This document shows, piece after piece, positions 25,701 to 40,800 of a DNA stretch of 64,000 nucleotides. The position numbers and the translations under genes are program-made. Origin of the DNA: Balanoglossus misakiensis (taxonomy: Eukaryota > Animalia > Hemichordata); the NCBI GenBank assembly GCA_040954595.2, contig CM082593.2:4667434-4731433 (forward strand), written 5' to 3'. Positions within the stretch are counted from its first letter, which is position 1; every line of letters begins with the position of its first letter. The notes below the pieces were generated by a model, which searched no databases, was not told the origin of the DNA, and saw only the letters and a program-made list of their open reading frames with translations.

Positions 25701-28700
25701 CCTATCTTTATCCACAGCTACCCCTGTTGATTTAGAAGTGTCTTGCGGCATGACACTTAGTTGCCTGTCTCGCGAGACAGAATCTGAATCAGGATACTCC
25801 TGGGCGGAAAGCCCCGAGGTTGGCGACTCAGACTCTGTCTCGCCTTGTCCTAAAAAATGCTTCTGTTTGTATTCGGCGTAGGTTTCGTAGTCGTCGAAGC
25901 CATACTTTTTCTTCGCCTCTGCCGGGACAGGAGAATACTTGTCGACTACCTCCTTGTCTTTTAGCTTATATCCATATGTGTACCGAGGAATCTCGGATTT
26001 CTCCCCTTGCTTTGGCACTTCGTCAGTCTTATCATCTTGACGTATCATGTATACATCATATGTGTACACGATTTTCTGCCCTGGCTTGACAGGCTCATCA
26101 AGAGCTTTAGCATCTGTTCTGTGGACAGGACCTGTCTTTTGTTGAGCATCTGCAGGTTTGACTGGGGTCGTACTTTTAACGCCAATTCCTTTCTCTGGGG
26201 ATGTGGGTTTCAATGCAGTATCTTTAATAACTGGGGTTGTACTTTTTACATATATACCTCTGACAGGTGTTGTACCTTTGGCATCTGTTCTTGTGAATGG
26301 CTGGGCATCTTGCTGGTCGCTTGCCACAGTCGGGCTCACTACCGGACCATAACGTCCTGTAACCGGGGCTGCCGTTCTGGCAAAGCTTTCTACGACAGGG
26401 ACTTTTTCTTTTTCTTCTTTGCGGAAACCAGGGGTCACACCTATGCTGTACATTTCTGCGACAGGTTTGTCAGTGCCTGGTTTTGCATACTGAGGTGGGG
26501 GCAATCTTTTTGGCTGCGAGTACCTTGGAGGAGTTGCTATGGCTGCCTTCGGTGGGCTGACTCTTCCCCGTCTATCAAGTGGTGATGGTTCCCTCTGTGC
26601 TGATGAAAGACGTACGGGTGATTTTGGACTACTGTATCTATCAAAGGTATCAACATTTTGATCGTGTGTTGTTGGTTCATCTACTAGGTTATCATCCGTC
26701 TGTGTGGCATGAGTAGACATTACAGCAGGTGGTCTGTCTACTTCCTGATAAGGGACTGATCTGCCGTACCTCTCTGGTGGTAACGTTTGCGTGGCAAGAT
26801 GTTCAGACTTTGGTCTTGCAGGCTTGTGTCCTGCAGCACTTTCTCTGGGAAAGGTGTCGGACAGAGGTCTATTATACTTGTTCTGTTGCCTTTGTCGTCT
26901 TTTCTCCTCTTCCAACTCTGGTGTCGTCAACTTCAAGTTCTGCTCGGCTGTCTGTCTGGCGCGCAGGAATTGACCTCTGAACCCAAAGAGATCCTTGTCA
27001 CTCAAGTCTTTGTCTAGATACTTGGGTGCACGTGGTGGAGGTTTGCTTGTTCTGGGATCTCGGTAATCTCCTGGAGAACCGGATTTAGTCTGATCGGGTT
27101 CTTTTTTACCAGGGCTGAAATATAACCGACTAGTTTTCGTTGGTTCGTCACTTGGCCTTCCTGTTGATGGAATGCCCGGTGATTTTCTAGTGGTTAACGC
27201 TGAAGGCTTCCCTTGATCACCTACTTTGTGCCCATCATTATCATACACGCCGTACTTGGCGGGGCCCCTCTCGTCTCCGGGACCATATCTTTTTGACGGT
27301 GCATCTGTTGATGGGGCACGATGGCCATACGTTCGAGGTGTACTCTCTCTGGATGCTGGGCTAAAAGCACTCCTAGCAGGGTGCTCAGGTTTCTGCTGAT
27401 CTCTTGTCAACTTGTTCTCTGGTACTCTGTATGGCTCATTTCTATGTCCGTAAACCCTAGATCCTGGCCCTGATGAACCTCTAGAGGGCGTCTCTCCTCT
27501 CTTGTATTCCGGGACATAATTAGGTCTCTTAGGTGGGCTACTTTTCTGAGTGGAAACATGGCTAGGGGGGCTCATTATAGATCTTTTGAGGGAATTATCT
27601 TGCCTACCCACACCTAAACTACTGGGTCGTTCAGGACTACCTCTGGGGGGTACACCATCAGGACTGTATTTGTCTGGCTCTGGAGGACCACTCGAGGGTC
27701 GATCAACCTGGTTCCTTCCAAACCTATCAGGTCTGCCAAAAGGTGACCTTACAGGTGGAGAAATTACCCTTCCTCTGTCTAAACTATCTGGCCTGTTTGT
27801 CTCTGAAGGTTGTGAGGATGGACTTGGGGTTCTTTCCCTCAGAGCTCTACCTTCCCTCGTTGGAAAGAGACCAGAAGAGCCATGCATATGTCTGTCTGGT
27901 ACAGACGGGGATGTTACAACCCTTTCTGTTGATCTCGGCGGACTCTTATATCTCTGAGGACTGGATCGCTCATCAGTCTTTCTCGCAACATGGCTTGGTT
28001 GGGATCTATCTGGAGATGTGGATTTTTCAGACCTGGCAGGTTCCCTTAGAAGTGATCTTTCTGGGGGGCTTCTTTCAGGATATGCAGTGGGAGAACTTTT
28101 GGGTTGGGTTTTGGTATGCACTATGTCAGTGTATGGGGTTCGTCTGAAGCTGGACTGATCAACCAAAGGCACCTTTTGAGCTGGTTTGGTTGGTTTGGCA
28201 TTTCTTATTTGGCTGAAATAGTTGGGATCTACCAGTGGTACCTTTCTGGCCTTGTGAGGTCTCATGGTGTCAATACCGGCCTTGGCATAGTCGTCCATTT
28301 CTTCGTACTTATCATGAATCAATCCCACCTGGGCTTCCTGCCTATGCAAGTCAGGAGACATGTGGGACATTTTATACTGAAGACGTTCGTCGAGATGTTT
28401 CTCAATGTCTTCATAGTATCTGTTGAGACTAGAGACCTGGCCGGCATGAAAGAACTCTAGGGGTTCACTTCTGGTGTTGGGAGGGCCGTGGGCTCGCTCC
28501 TCAAGATCAGAATAGAACTGATAGAGTCTCCCGACATCATAGTACCTCAACTGCAGGTCAGAAGCACCGGAAGCGCGCCTCCGCCGTTCCTTGTACCCGC
28601 GATCGATGTTGGGCTCCGTCTTGACGCCGTGCTCCAGTTCGTAGAAATGCCGATACAGTTCCTCTGCATCTCTGTCTCTTTGGATGAGACCGGTGTCCCG

Positions 28701-31700
28701 ATCTCGTTTCCATCGGATCCTGTCCACCCTGTTCGGATCGAGCAGGGGATCTCCTTCATGTGCAATGGCTTCCAACTCTTCGTAGTACTGCAAGGCGTTG
28801 TTGAAATGATCCATACTCTGCTCTGACGGCATGTATTTGTGGACAAAACTTTTGGTTTTCTTTTGATGTCGGGCGTCGAGAACACGGTCAATTTCGGCAT
28901 AGAAATCTTTCAGGTTCCGGTACTTTCTGCTCCGCCTGGACGCGTGGTAAATCATATCTGCATAAGCGTGGTAAGACTGTTGGTCAAAGGCGGGCGATTT
29001 GACGATATTTGCCCTGGAAGCAAAGCCTGCTGAGAGATCTTCCTGGGACACTGCTCGCCTATTGCTTGGAATGTAATTCGGAGCATTGGGCCTTTCACTG
29101 TATGGCTCGATATAGAAATCATCCCGAGACCGCCTCTCCTCCCGATGCATCTCTCTGGGTTCAGCTCTCCGAAACTCAGAACCTCCCCAGTATTCTGTCA
29201 GTCCCCCCTTGGCTCTGTCACTGTGCTGTTGATCTACTGACTCGTACCCTGATTCAGGATGAGAAATCGGTGGGCCAGGCTGGTCTGGGGGCTGTCTATC
29301 CCAATCAATCTCAAACTCCTCTCTCTCTCGCAAACCCGCTGCTCTATCTTCTTTATCTATATTTGCATTCTTATCAAAACTGTCCCTATCCTGTTGCGTA
29401 TTTCTCATATGCTGGGGTTCCTCTCTACCATACGTGCTTGGTCTTTGCTGTGAACTATCCCTACTTTCATCTCTCTGGGGATTTCGTTGCTGTCTGTTGT
29501 AGTAAAATTCCTCATCATCAATATCATGACTGTTGTTACTGTACATTGGACTGCCACCCAGGACTGGTTTTGGCTTTCTAAATACTCCCTTGGGAACCAT
29601 AATCTCATCTGTGAAGCTTGCAGTAATGACAGGAATATTCTCATGCACCCCTTTCATGATGTGTCTTTTGTTTGGGCAACTATCGACTCCACCGCAAGAT
29701 CCTTCATTTACATGACTCTCTTTGTATTCCGGACGTGGTTCAATCCAGACCTTTTCACATTTAGACGCAGTTGGAATTTCCTTCCCTGTCACATAAGCCT
29801 GAACCTCAACATTGTCGCCAGAATTATTCGTGCGATTTTTCTTCCTGAAAATTTCTTGGATTTCCGCACACTCATCCCCCAAGTTTAAATCTGAGAAGTA
29901 GGACTGAGGGCAGTAGAAAAATTCATCTCCATCCTCATTGTCACCTATCAGGTAACCATACTGATCCACAGGCCTTTCAGCAACGGAACTGTCATCCCTA
30001 ATCCCTGGTCTAAAACTTCTATTCTCACTGTCTCCTTGGGAAAGAGTATTGAAATCTTGCATGCATGCTTTTTCAAGGGTTGTCTTTTCTCGGGACGATG
30101 TTTCATATTGTTTCATCAGGTTAGGGGTATGAACTGACATCTCTGCCTTCATGAAAGAAAATCTGCCCTTAGACTGGGACTTTACGATATCTGATACATC
30201 TGAATCCGACATATCTATGCTACTTATCGCACAAGAAGTGTCTTTAACACTACAGCTATGTAATATATCAGAACTAAAATCTGAGACGGTTAAGAGTTGC
30301 ACCCCCCTGTAAGATGGGAGTTCTAGTGTTAGTGTGGCTAGAAGGCAACCAGTGAGGTCTGTGAAATTAAAGAGAATGGCAAAGTATTGAGGGGGTTAGT
30401 ATGAATGATAGCACAGCATGATGACCTGTGAGCAGAAAGAACAGCCGTTGACTTAGTATTAACATTATTATATTGTTGTTAGGTTAGGTTAGTACATTAA
30501 CTGCATGGAGAGAAATATGGTGAATTAGTGTGCTTTAATCACACCAGAAATACGGTGTACAGTGAAAGATATTGTGCCTCTAGTAATCAGTATATTCCCC
30601 TGCCGGCATCTTTCAGTGTATTCAGTTTTTTTTGTATGGGGCCGGGGAAGTGTCATGCTTGACCAATTTTAAATAACTGTGCCAGGTGGAAATTCAAAAT
30701 TACAGTTTAATAACCAACTCTGTGATTGGTTTAAGAATTGCTTTAAATGGAAGAGGAATCTGATAGTCTGTGTTCGTTATGACTGGAATGCCAACAGGGG
30801 TGATGAGTACTGCAAAGGGTTGATTCTTTCTTACAAGGGAAAACTGCTACTGGGCAGTTTGTGATTGTCTAAGAAGTCTTGTGTGTCAGTTTTGATGCTG
30901 ATATCAGATTTCTGGTTAGACAGAGCAGTTCTCCCTTGCTATTAAAAGAGTCAAACTTACACAGCAATGAATGCTACGATAGCTTTAAATATCTATGTTA
31001 CAGATTTCAATGCAAGACATATAATATTTTCATTGCAGATGTGAAAAATCCTGGTTCTGATAATTAATGCACCCAACAACATTACTTACAACACCAGTCT
31101 TGGCTGAAATGTTTGAAGCTGGTGGGTAAAAATTTGATTTGGGTAAACCTTGTTATCAGAACCATTCTTTTTCAGGTGATCTAACACCAATACATCACTG
31201 TTTTGATTACAATGATTGCGTTACACTACATCGACTGCATGACACTACTGACAAGATATAACACCAACCACACAATAAACCTAGCATGCATGTTTTAGGT
31301 GCGCTAGATCACAACTTACAAAGAATAGAGAAAGTCACGCTGGCTTTACATATTTAATGAAATGTAATCCTTCTTTCCCTAAGATTTTTAATAAAAAGGT
31401 CTCCACATGCACAGAGGTAGACAAATTTGCCACACAAACTACTGGCTAAAGATGTCTGTATCTTTGCTAAGTACTATGACCTAACATTATGTGTTTTGAC
31501 TTTTCCTATTTAGCTGGCTTCATCCATATAGCTCAACTTATACTAACAGATGCCAAAGGTATCTCTTTGTGAGAACAGCATGCAACACACAGCTGACCAT
31601 GATAACCAGTGAAATATCTGAACTCAGGTTGACTAGCAGTCCGAGTTATCATCAAGAATACTACTTCATGTATCTATCATTCATAGCACGAGTGCCATAA

Positions 31701-34700
31701 TTTTGATCACTCATCAAATGAAAGCAAAAGTCCATTTACAAGGCCCTATGAAGTATTTTTGCAGACCCTCCTCACTTCACTTTCATGATATAGTGCCCTC
31801 TATGCCCTTCTGTGTGTTAAACTTTGTTTTTTTCACCGAATGAAGGCAAGAGGAAGAGAAGACGACATTTACTGTTTTATAACCAATTATCACGTCACAA
31901 AAGTGGAAATTTGCACATTGCGAAAGTTAGAACACAAGTTGTTTGCAAATTCTCCGAAGTAAGACCAAAAATGCTGAACATTACTTATGCTGGAAAGTTT
32001 CAATATACATGTATACCCGAAAATGCTGCAAGCAGTGTTGAAAATGTGTCCTTTATTTCCCAAAGTGGTTTACTAAGTGCATATATGAGAGTCATCTATG
32101 TTTGCATTGTATAGACTGGCATAGAATTGTGAACCATAGGATAAGACCATGACTACAGAAAACTACATACGCAGGGCAAAGTGACCATGGTGTACTCGAA
32201 GTAATATCGCCGCAAATGCCAGGGTCAAAGGTCATGTCAACAGGAGTGCTTGGCCACCCACCACCAACACAGTGCATTCAAAAGTCTCATGCAAGCAGGG
32301 GGTCCAGTACATTTGTCATTTTTTTGTATTGAAAAAATCCCACAACAGGTAAACAGGCACACAGACTGAAACTGATAGGCTTAGACAAGCATTGTCTAGG
32401 TGACAGTCAGTAAGAGATCAACCAATCAGAAAGACGGAGACAGGAATGGGAAAAAAAGCAACTTCGCACACAGTCGTCAAGAGAGCATATATTGGGTATC
32501 TCACACTGCAAGGACTTGTGTAAGTGTAATTAACTGTTTATGTCTGAAGTGTATTCTCACTTTTGCTGTTTGGGGGATCAGAACACTCAATGCTTACAAA
32601 GTGCACACACCAAGTGAATCACATATAATGGACATGGGTGAAGAACATGGCATCTGACACACATTCGACGGCCGAGATGAAAATTTTTCCCAAAACCCTT
32701 ACCTTGCTCATCTTCCAGCTGTCTCAGTCCACGTACTGGAATATCGGCGCCCTTCTGAATGTCCTTGTACAGGTCATGACTTATGGCCGGCGGCGAGTGG
32801 GCTGGCTGCGGCGACCGCTGCTCAGGGTAGAGGTGCGTCTGGGGCTGCCTCAGCGGGACTGGATCAGAGCGGCGGTAACTGGCTGGCAATGTCCTGCTTC
32901 CACTGGCGCTATGGATAAAAACAACACCTGGATGTTAGCGTTACAAAGGTGGGAAAAATATTTCACCACTTTACCACTTTCACCATGTTTCATGCCATCC
33001 GTTTTAACAGTTTTAACGTCTTTTATTTTTGAAAAGTTATGTACAGCGCTTTGAGATGTATTTTACATAGAAAGCATTTTTTTTAAAATAAGACTTATAA
33101 GTATCATTTTTATTATTATAAATACATTGTACTTTCAAAATTGTTGGACTATTGTATCAACCACACCCAAACCATTGAAATCAATGGGGTTGCACGTAAA
33201 ACACAGATGACAGGGTTAGGGAGGAGGTGCCCATGTTGAAGAGAAAAACTACAGCAAACAGCGCCTCCAATCAGTACAATCTGTGCTTCCACACAAAACT
33301 AGCGCACCATGCCCCAGTCTCTTTGTTTCTATTTGCAGCACAAGGTCAAAAAAGGCCAACCATGAAACCCTCTCCAATCCCTGTCAATTAAATCTCTGTG
33401 CAATCCAGACACCTACAGCTGGAAACCTGACCTCTACGCAACATGGCCGATGGTGTAATTTTCAATTGAAATGTTATTAGCAATGACTGCCATTCTGCCA
33501 ATCTTCATCTCATGTTTCACAGCCGTGACTTAAAATAAAATCCATTTTTGACATCTGGTCACACAAAGAATTTTTTCCATTTATCAAACGCAACATCAAG
33601 ACCACACAAACAGCATAGATTTGGTCAGATTCAATTTGAAATCCACACTGAGAAGAAGATCTCTGATAATAAACTGGTTCACATGCCTGACATACAACTC
33701 ATTTTTAATAAAAATTTCTGAACTTGTTATAGGCCACCATTTGATTTAATTGTTTCTAACCCTTGGATGCCTGGCATAAGTAACTTGACATTTTATACTT
33801 GGAATCCACACTGTACAACTTGAGTATTTTTTAATAATTCTGGTGAATCAAGGGCAATTGCCAAACTATACCACAAGGTGGCGCTCTTTACATATATCTT
33901 GGCCTACAGTCACTCTCCATCAGTGCATAGGAGGCAAGCACTGTTGCCAAGCAACCATAATACAGAGTATTTGGCGGTTTAGAGTAATCCGATATCAAAC
34001 ACAGAATTCGTAGCTTTGGAATTTCTGTATGTACTTAACACAGATGTAGAATACATAAAATGACTGCTGTATTATCCTGAACACCAGGTGGTAGTCATGG
34101 CAACACCTACCAGCAGAAGTTCTCCTCTCCTCCGATGGCTTTGATGACTAGTCAGACATATTTGAATGCATGCAGAGACTAACAAACGAAACACAATGGG
34201 AAAACAATAGTTGAACCGCCACCACTTTGGGATTTATGCCTAAAATATCTCCTATGGTCACGCTTTTCTGAATAACGATGTGGGATTACCACAAGATAAT
34301 GAAATAGTAGAGACTTTTTTTATTGAATTTAAGGATAACAATTTAAAAGACTCAGTGGGGAGATTTGCCATGAATTTAACGAAAGGAAATTTTCTGTCAG
34401 TGATTGGCCATCACACAAGTTTTGTTGAATTTTCAGATAAAGATAACATGGCGCAGTTAAAGGATTTTATCGTAAATTATTGCATGTACATGCTGTCATA
34501 CCCACATACTTCAAGCATTGATAATTTGACATGTTTTGGATTTTCTGAAAGACTTGGCATGTTATTGCGTCTCTGCATTACAGACAGGTAGATGCCACAG
34601 GGATAAATGGTGACTCTTTGGACAGCAAGGGACAGATATACAGCCACAGAGACTGGGAGCTGTCCTCCCAAGTCACGTGATTATCGCACATACGGAGACA

Positions 34701-37700
34701 CTATGCTAGGTCATGTCTAAACAACACTGAATACATTGAACATCTGACAAGCTCTCGGTCACAACTAATCAATCACCCCTGCACAAACAATATGACTGAG
34801 GTACAATGGATTGATGTTAATGTACAGGGGGGAAATACGTCAAATCCATTGTGTGGACTCAGGAGGAGGGCTCTGCAGAATAGGGTAAGAGGGAATGATG
34901 GGTAATTTGAAATACGGACGAGAGGTAAACTTGTACCCAGGGCTAGGAGGCAACACCAAGTGATGTAGATATGTTTTGTACCAGGCCGGCAAGAGGAACT
35001 AATAGCTGGTGAAGGCAAATAAAATTTGCTCTGCATATGTGTGTTTTTTCGATGAGATTTAGAAACATTATGGCCAATCACATGCTGTGTTCACACAGGC
35101 GTTTTTACCAAATATCTGACAAGCAAAATGTTCAGAGATGGTAACCTCATCTCGTTAACAACATCTTAATTCCCCAAACCCTATACAACAACTGTAAATA
35201 AAGCAGATTACTTACTACGTCGGGCTTTTGGCTCTATCCACTTTATCAAGAGAAGGATTAGGCACATGCGCTGTCTGAAATAAAAAAATAGATATGCACA
35301 TCAGCTGAGGGGTCATATCATTTACAATCCATGCAATATGGTAGATGTGTCTTTTATGCTAATTAGCTGGCACGATGCCAAAAGGCAGAATCAGATGGTA
35401 GCCTGCACCGAAATGTAAATGTGCTCGCAAATAAGTACTGTATATATACAGTCTACTTGTAAACAGTGATCCTGTCTGCTGCAATGTGAGTTGGCACAAT
35501 TTGCCACACTGCTGGTATTTATTCAACTGATGGAAATATTTTCTCTGGGGTCTGGAAAGTACAAGAGACTGCAATTTGCATGGTGCAAAAAGGTACATGT
35601 GAGTTTGGCAGCCATTTTTGTCAAACAAATATCACACTACTCCAAACTTGCCACCAACAGCATAAATTTACCCACAGCAAGACCAATCACCAACTGGAAT
35701 TCTAAAATAATTGGCGGACAATTTGATAAGCTGGTGATAATCAGGATTAAGCTCTTTAAAATTAAAAATAGATACTCTAAACATATTCAAAAACCAACAA
35801 TTTCACAACAAGCTGTTACAAAGATGAACACCATTGGTAGGACTTAATTGTCACTGACATCACAGAAACGTTTCGTTAACAGTTCCAACATTTTCATTAA
35901 TTGAACAAATATATCCTTTTCTAGTATGCTTTTATAATTATGTATAGTTCATGATCATTTCCCCCTCTTTTCAGCTGAAATAATACTTGTTTGTTTGTTA
36001 CTTTCTAATAATAAACTCAGTCCCCATTTTGTCTAGTGTACCCTGGTATCTGCAGTATATGCAGAGTGCCAGTCTGTATTGTTCCCAAAATAGTCCATGC
36101 AGGTTTATATCGATTTCTACAATAATGAGAAAAGACTTAAAAATAGCTGGCATAGAATCCAAGCACTGATGAATGATGTAGCCAATTTCTGTGGCTGCCT
36201 CCTCTGTCCCAGTCACGCTGTATCAAATATGGCCAACCGTATACCAAATATGGTACACTAGCTACCAAATATGGCAAAACCAGTTGCCAAATAGGGCAAG
36301 CTAGTTACCAAATAAGGCTTTTTACCCGGTAGTTAGGGAGCAAAATGTTTTGACACGTCATATACAAGGATGAGTTCATTAAAGGGCTAGCTGACACACC
36401 TTGATTGTATATCTGTACCGGTATACAGCATAACAGATGTGTATAAACTGTCCTATATTTGGTTAATACAACTTCATTTGAAAAATCGCATCTTTACAAG
36501 GTTCTACTGCCATCAAAATATTGCACGATATTAAAAAAATCTTGTACAGAATTGGTTTGAATATTGTTTCTAGCTCCGGTTGACATATTTCTGAAAACTG
36601 CACAATTTGAAGTTCCAATTTGACTATAAATTATACATGACATGATCGTTAACTTTGCAAAAAAATCATAAAGCTTCATAAACTATTTCCTTTATGTTCA
36701 CAGAACTGAGTCGTGGATGTGGGATCGTTTGCGTGTTGTTCAAATATAATATTCCCCCATCCTAACCCACCCACACTGCCGTTGTGTAATTTCGTTTTGG
36801 TTTATGGCCATGCAAGCTGTTTTCAGTTTCCGTGAAGTAGTGCTCGAGCGAGCTCAGGCTTGAAAAACTCCATCTAACATTTCTGGATGCAAAGAGCAGC
36901 TCTGGTACTCGAGTTCTACCCCAGCAACCTCACAGTTTCCATTCAAGCATTCTTCAACTCCTGCGGCATATTATTTTCGAACTCGTACATCAAGCCTGTC
37001 CCTGACACATGGAGAAACCAAACACCAAGTAAATTTACAATCTATTTCATGTTAACAAGGAGCTTTTCCAAAGCTACACGCATAAAAATTAATCCTACAT
37101 GCCACATCAATCCAATGCACTTCATTGTTTACAATTCCATCACAGTAAATTTTATGCCATATGGTACCCAAAAACCACATTTCATCAACCATCATGATTA
37201 TATATGCATGGACACTGTTTTATGACTTGCAAATGTTATCATGGTGTCAGAAACCATGGACTTTCAACAATCCCGTTCAAAGCAGTGTTTTTGGAATGAT
37301 CCAGGTGTTTTCACTGATGTGGCAGAAACCATACACTACAAAACAGGGGTGATAAATACATGTACATCACAACGAAAACTGGCAGTCGAGAGTCCACTCG
37401 TTTAGTGTATAACACTCTGTGTGCTCAAAGATTTGGCATGTCACTTCAGAAACACCAGCAAACGGAAGCCACAAACGAGCCTTGAAATTCCGTCTGCTGC
37501 TGTAAATGTTCAACACAAATTAAATCAAGAAAACCTGAAAGGCTTCCTAATGAAGTATATATTGCTCAACTCTACCAGGGTAGCAGGACACAGAGGTCTC
37601 TCTGATAGACTAAATTTAAAATGGTCACATCGGCTAAAAAGACAGACGCAATAAATCTTCACATCTGTCAATTTTTAGCTCATGTTAATCTTATATGAAA

Positions 37701-37710
37701 CAACATTAAA

Positions 37711-37773
<63 letters not shown>

Positions 37774-37810
37774 GCGATGGCGATGATGATGGCGATGATG
37801 GTGATGGTGG

Positions 37811-37889
<79 letters not shown>

Positions 37890-40800
37890 CAAACTGTCTG
37901 CATGTCAGGGGCACAAGCAGCTATTACCCATGCAATCTGGCATTGAATGATTATATCATGCATATTGCATTTCACCCAGACACTGACCTTGCCACACAGA
38001 AGGCATTGACCTGAACACACAGCCAAAACTCCATCGAATCTGTAACCCTATCACCTCCCATCTAGCAGAATCCCCACGGCACAAACGCATCTCTGCAATT
38101 CATCATTTCGAATTAGCTCTAACAGTCATTTCAATTTCGCAGCCTATTCTCCCCTTTGAAAGAAATCCTAGCTGTAAACTATTAACCCCTTCACAGCCTT
38201 GGGCCATTTTAACACAGATCCTGAATGAAGTGATCGATATGAATTATAGTTCACAGCAAACAGTGATATCCTCTGCATATACTTTCGTCACGTTCACACT
38301 TCAACACACGTCAGGTCAGCCCTTAATACCTTCATCCGCAACCTTGAGTTTCTATTGTAACACAGTCATCAACTGACTAAGTGTCAACTAGTATCATTAC
38401 AGAGACACACGCAAGCACGCACGTCAGCTGCGGATCAGTCAGAATGAAATTACCACACTCAGGGACCATATGCCACAGAATGTAGTGTGAAAGCTAGCTG
38501 TCAGAACTCTATACCCAGTTGGGCAAAACTTTTGAAAATTATTATTCTATAAATTCTCAATGTCAAACACTGAACTCTGAAAGACGTCACACAAACATTG
38601 ATTTGGAATCGTTTGAATGGACCATTCATGGGTCCTGACATGTCAAAACCATCTGGTTACTGACAATGATTGGAACGAGAATTATTGTTCGGCTGACAAT
38701 AGCATATAATAATGCATATGATCCTGGCCAATTTTCCTCTGTTTGTATTAATTTTGCCATCCACTTTCAATCATTCGGTTCGATTCTCAATAACCACTAC
38801 ATCAGTAACGTGATGGTGGCCATATTTGTTTCCATGGCAACACACAGCATTATAGATACTGATATCCAAATGCCACTTGATAATTGTGTACACTGAAAAC
38901 CCTAAAAACAATATTTCCCCTGAAATTAAAACTAAATGCTTAAAATGCCTGCTCCAGAGGAAATACTGACAAAAAAAATATTTTACTTTCAGATATTATT
39001 CTGATTAATTTTCCAATCCTGCTTGCCTGCAATACCACTAGTTCAATCATCGAACCACGAATACCCTGAATGATAATACAGGTCTGAAACTTACCACACT
39101 CTTTTCTCGGGCGGCGAGGGACGACTTGCCCGGCTCATAGTCTGTGATACTTCTCGGCTGTTGCTGGTATCTTTCTATTGTATTCCTGGCAGAAGGAGCG
39201 GCCCACTGCTGCCTGTGGATAGACAAGATAGAAACACAGAGAAATTAAATAATGGCGTTAATCTGAATGGCATGGGGGAATCTAAATGCAGATTAACCAT
39301 AATACAGAGACTGACAAAAACATTGACGTACATGTACACTTGTGCATGCATGCACACACATACATGTACACACGCACGCACATACACACACATCCATCCA
39401 TCCATCTTTCCATCCAAATAATCCACAGACACACACATCTACATACAAGCATGGTTAATTTGGCAGACAGACGTCTATTATACAGAATACTCATTCAATC
39501 ATGTTGTATGTTAAACGTCTCTGACTATTGCAAATAAAATACTGTCGTGTGAGATTGATAATGGGGGGGAAGTTAGATATATAAACCCATCATCTTATTT
39601 CATTTCCAGAATTTCCATTTGCTAATTTATCAACCCAACACATCAGGAGGTTATTTTCAGAATGCCCTTCAGATAAAGTTTACAACTCCCAGTCTGACGT
39701 ATATGTATTGTGTGTTGCTGAAAAACTGAAAGGTGTTCAATGGAGCCAAGCCGTTTTGATATAAACGGAAGCAGAAATGTTGGTTACCCAGGCAGCAAAT
39801 GATGATTGCTGCCAAACTGCTGCTAACGACCTTGTTCCTTGTCTCAATGGAAAAATGGACAGAAAACTTACAGTGATTACTATCTCTATTACATTAATGA
39901 CTTCGGCCTTAGGGAACATACTTACAGGAAAATTACAACGCATCAGAAACTTGATAATTTGCAGTAAAGCAGTCTAGTCAGTATTATACGACTGGTATAT
40001 ATAGATGACATTTTAAGTCACAATCAGTGAAATGGATGATGATTCTGTCACGCCAACATTTTAGCTGGAAACCATGTTTTTTATGAACACCCACAGATTT
40101 CCACTTAATACGAGAAATCGTACCCGAATAACTGTAAACGCACACATGAACTGAGCTTTGCATGCTTGCCAAAAAGTGAACGTGACAATACTCATGAACT
40201 GTCTATACAACTGAAGTAGAAATGTCATCAACCTTGTTAAATGGATTAGATTTTATTACTACATCGTTAACTTGACTGATCCACAGACTTTTTTATTCTG
40301 GAATAGTTTTTCATTCTTAGCGGCCGGTAAAACATTCACAGAACCAGAAACTCAAAAGTTCTGGGTGGTTTGAGGTGAAGGCATGACTCAGGGCTGAGTT
40401 CTGCCAGATGACAAGTAAAAACCAACCCTGGTGCAATGAAATGATTAATGGGGCCATACTGGTGGACAAAAATATACACAGGCAATCCAGCTAGGGACAG
40501 ACAGATTAAATATATGCTGGCTGGGAATCCAGGCTGGCCTTTTGGAGTAATGAGCAATGAAAGATACATGTGCACGTTGGAAATAAATACTACTGCAAAA
40601 ATATACAAAGACAATGCTAGTCACTTTTATCAAGTACAGCTTTCACCTTCTCACCCCCATTTCTAGCTGTAGAGGTCCAACTTTATTATAGAAAATAATG
40701 GATGTGGACCAAACCATGGTGGTGAAAGAGGGAAATCTGAATCACATTCTTTTAAATATAAATGGCATGGCATATCTTTTTTTTCTGTCCAGTTGAGAAT

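Noticed and set aside
23838-30302. 2154-aa ORF as an independent gene or transposon protein
   Set aside because: No RT, transposase or integrase motifs; GTG start in the ORF track; same strand as SORBS with phase-compatible splice sites
34111-34147. Possible 37-nt SORBS micro-exon
   Set aside because: Weak acceptor, and inclusion would break the phase 2 junction between exons 35216 and 32908
34280-34591. 103-aa plus-strand ORF as a nested gene
   Set aside because: Non-ATG start, no recognisable domain and no neighbouring compatible exons
37675-37950. Poly-M/H/I/D ORFs here and at 6137-6340 and 60937-61209
   Set aside because: Translations of (GAT)n microsatellites
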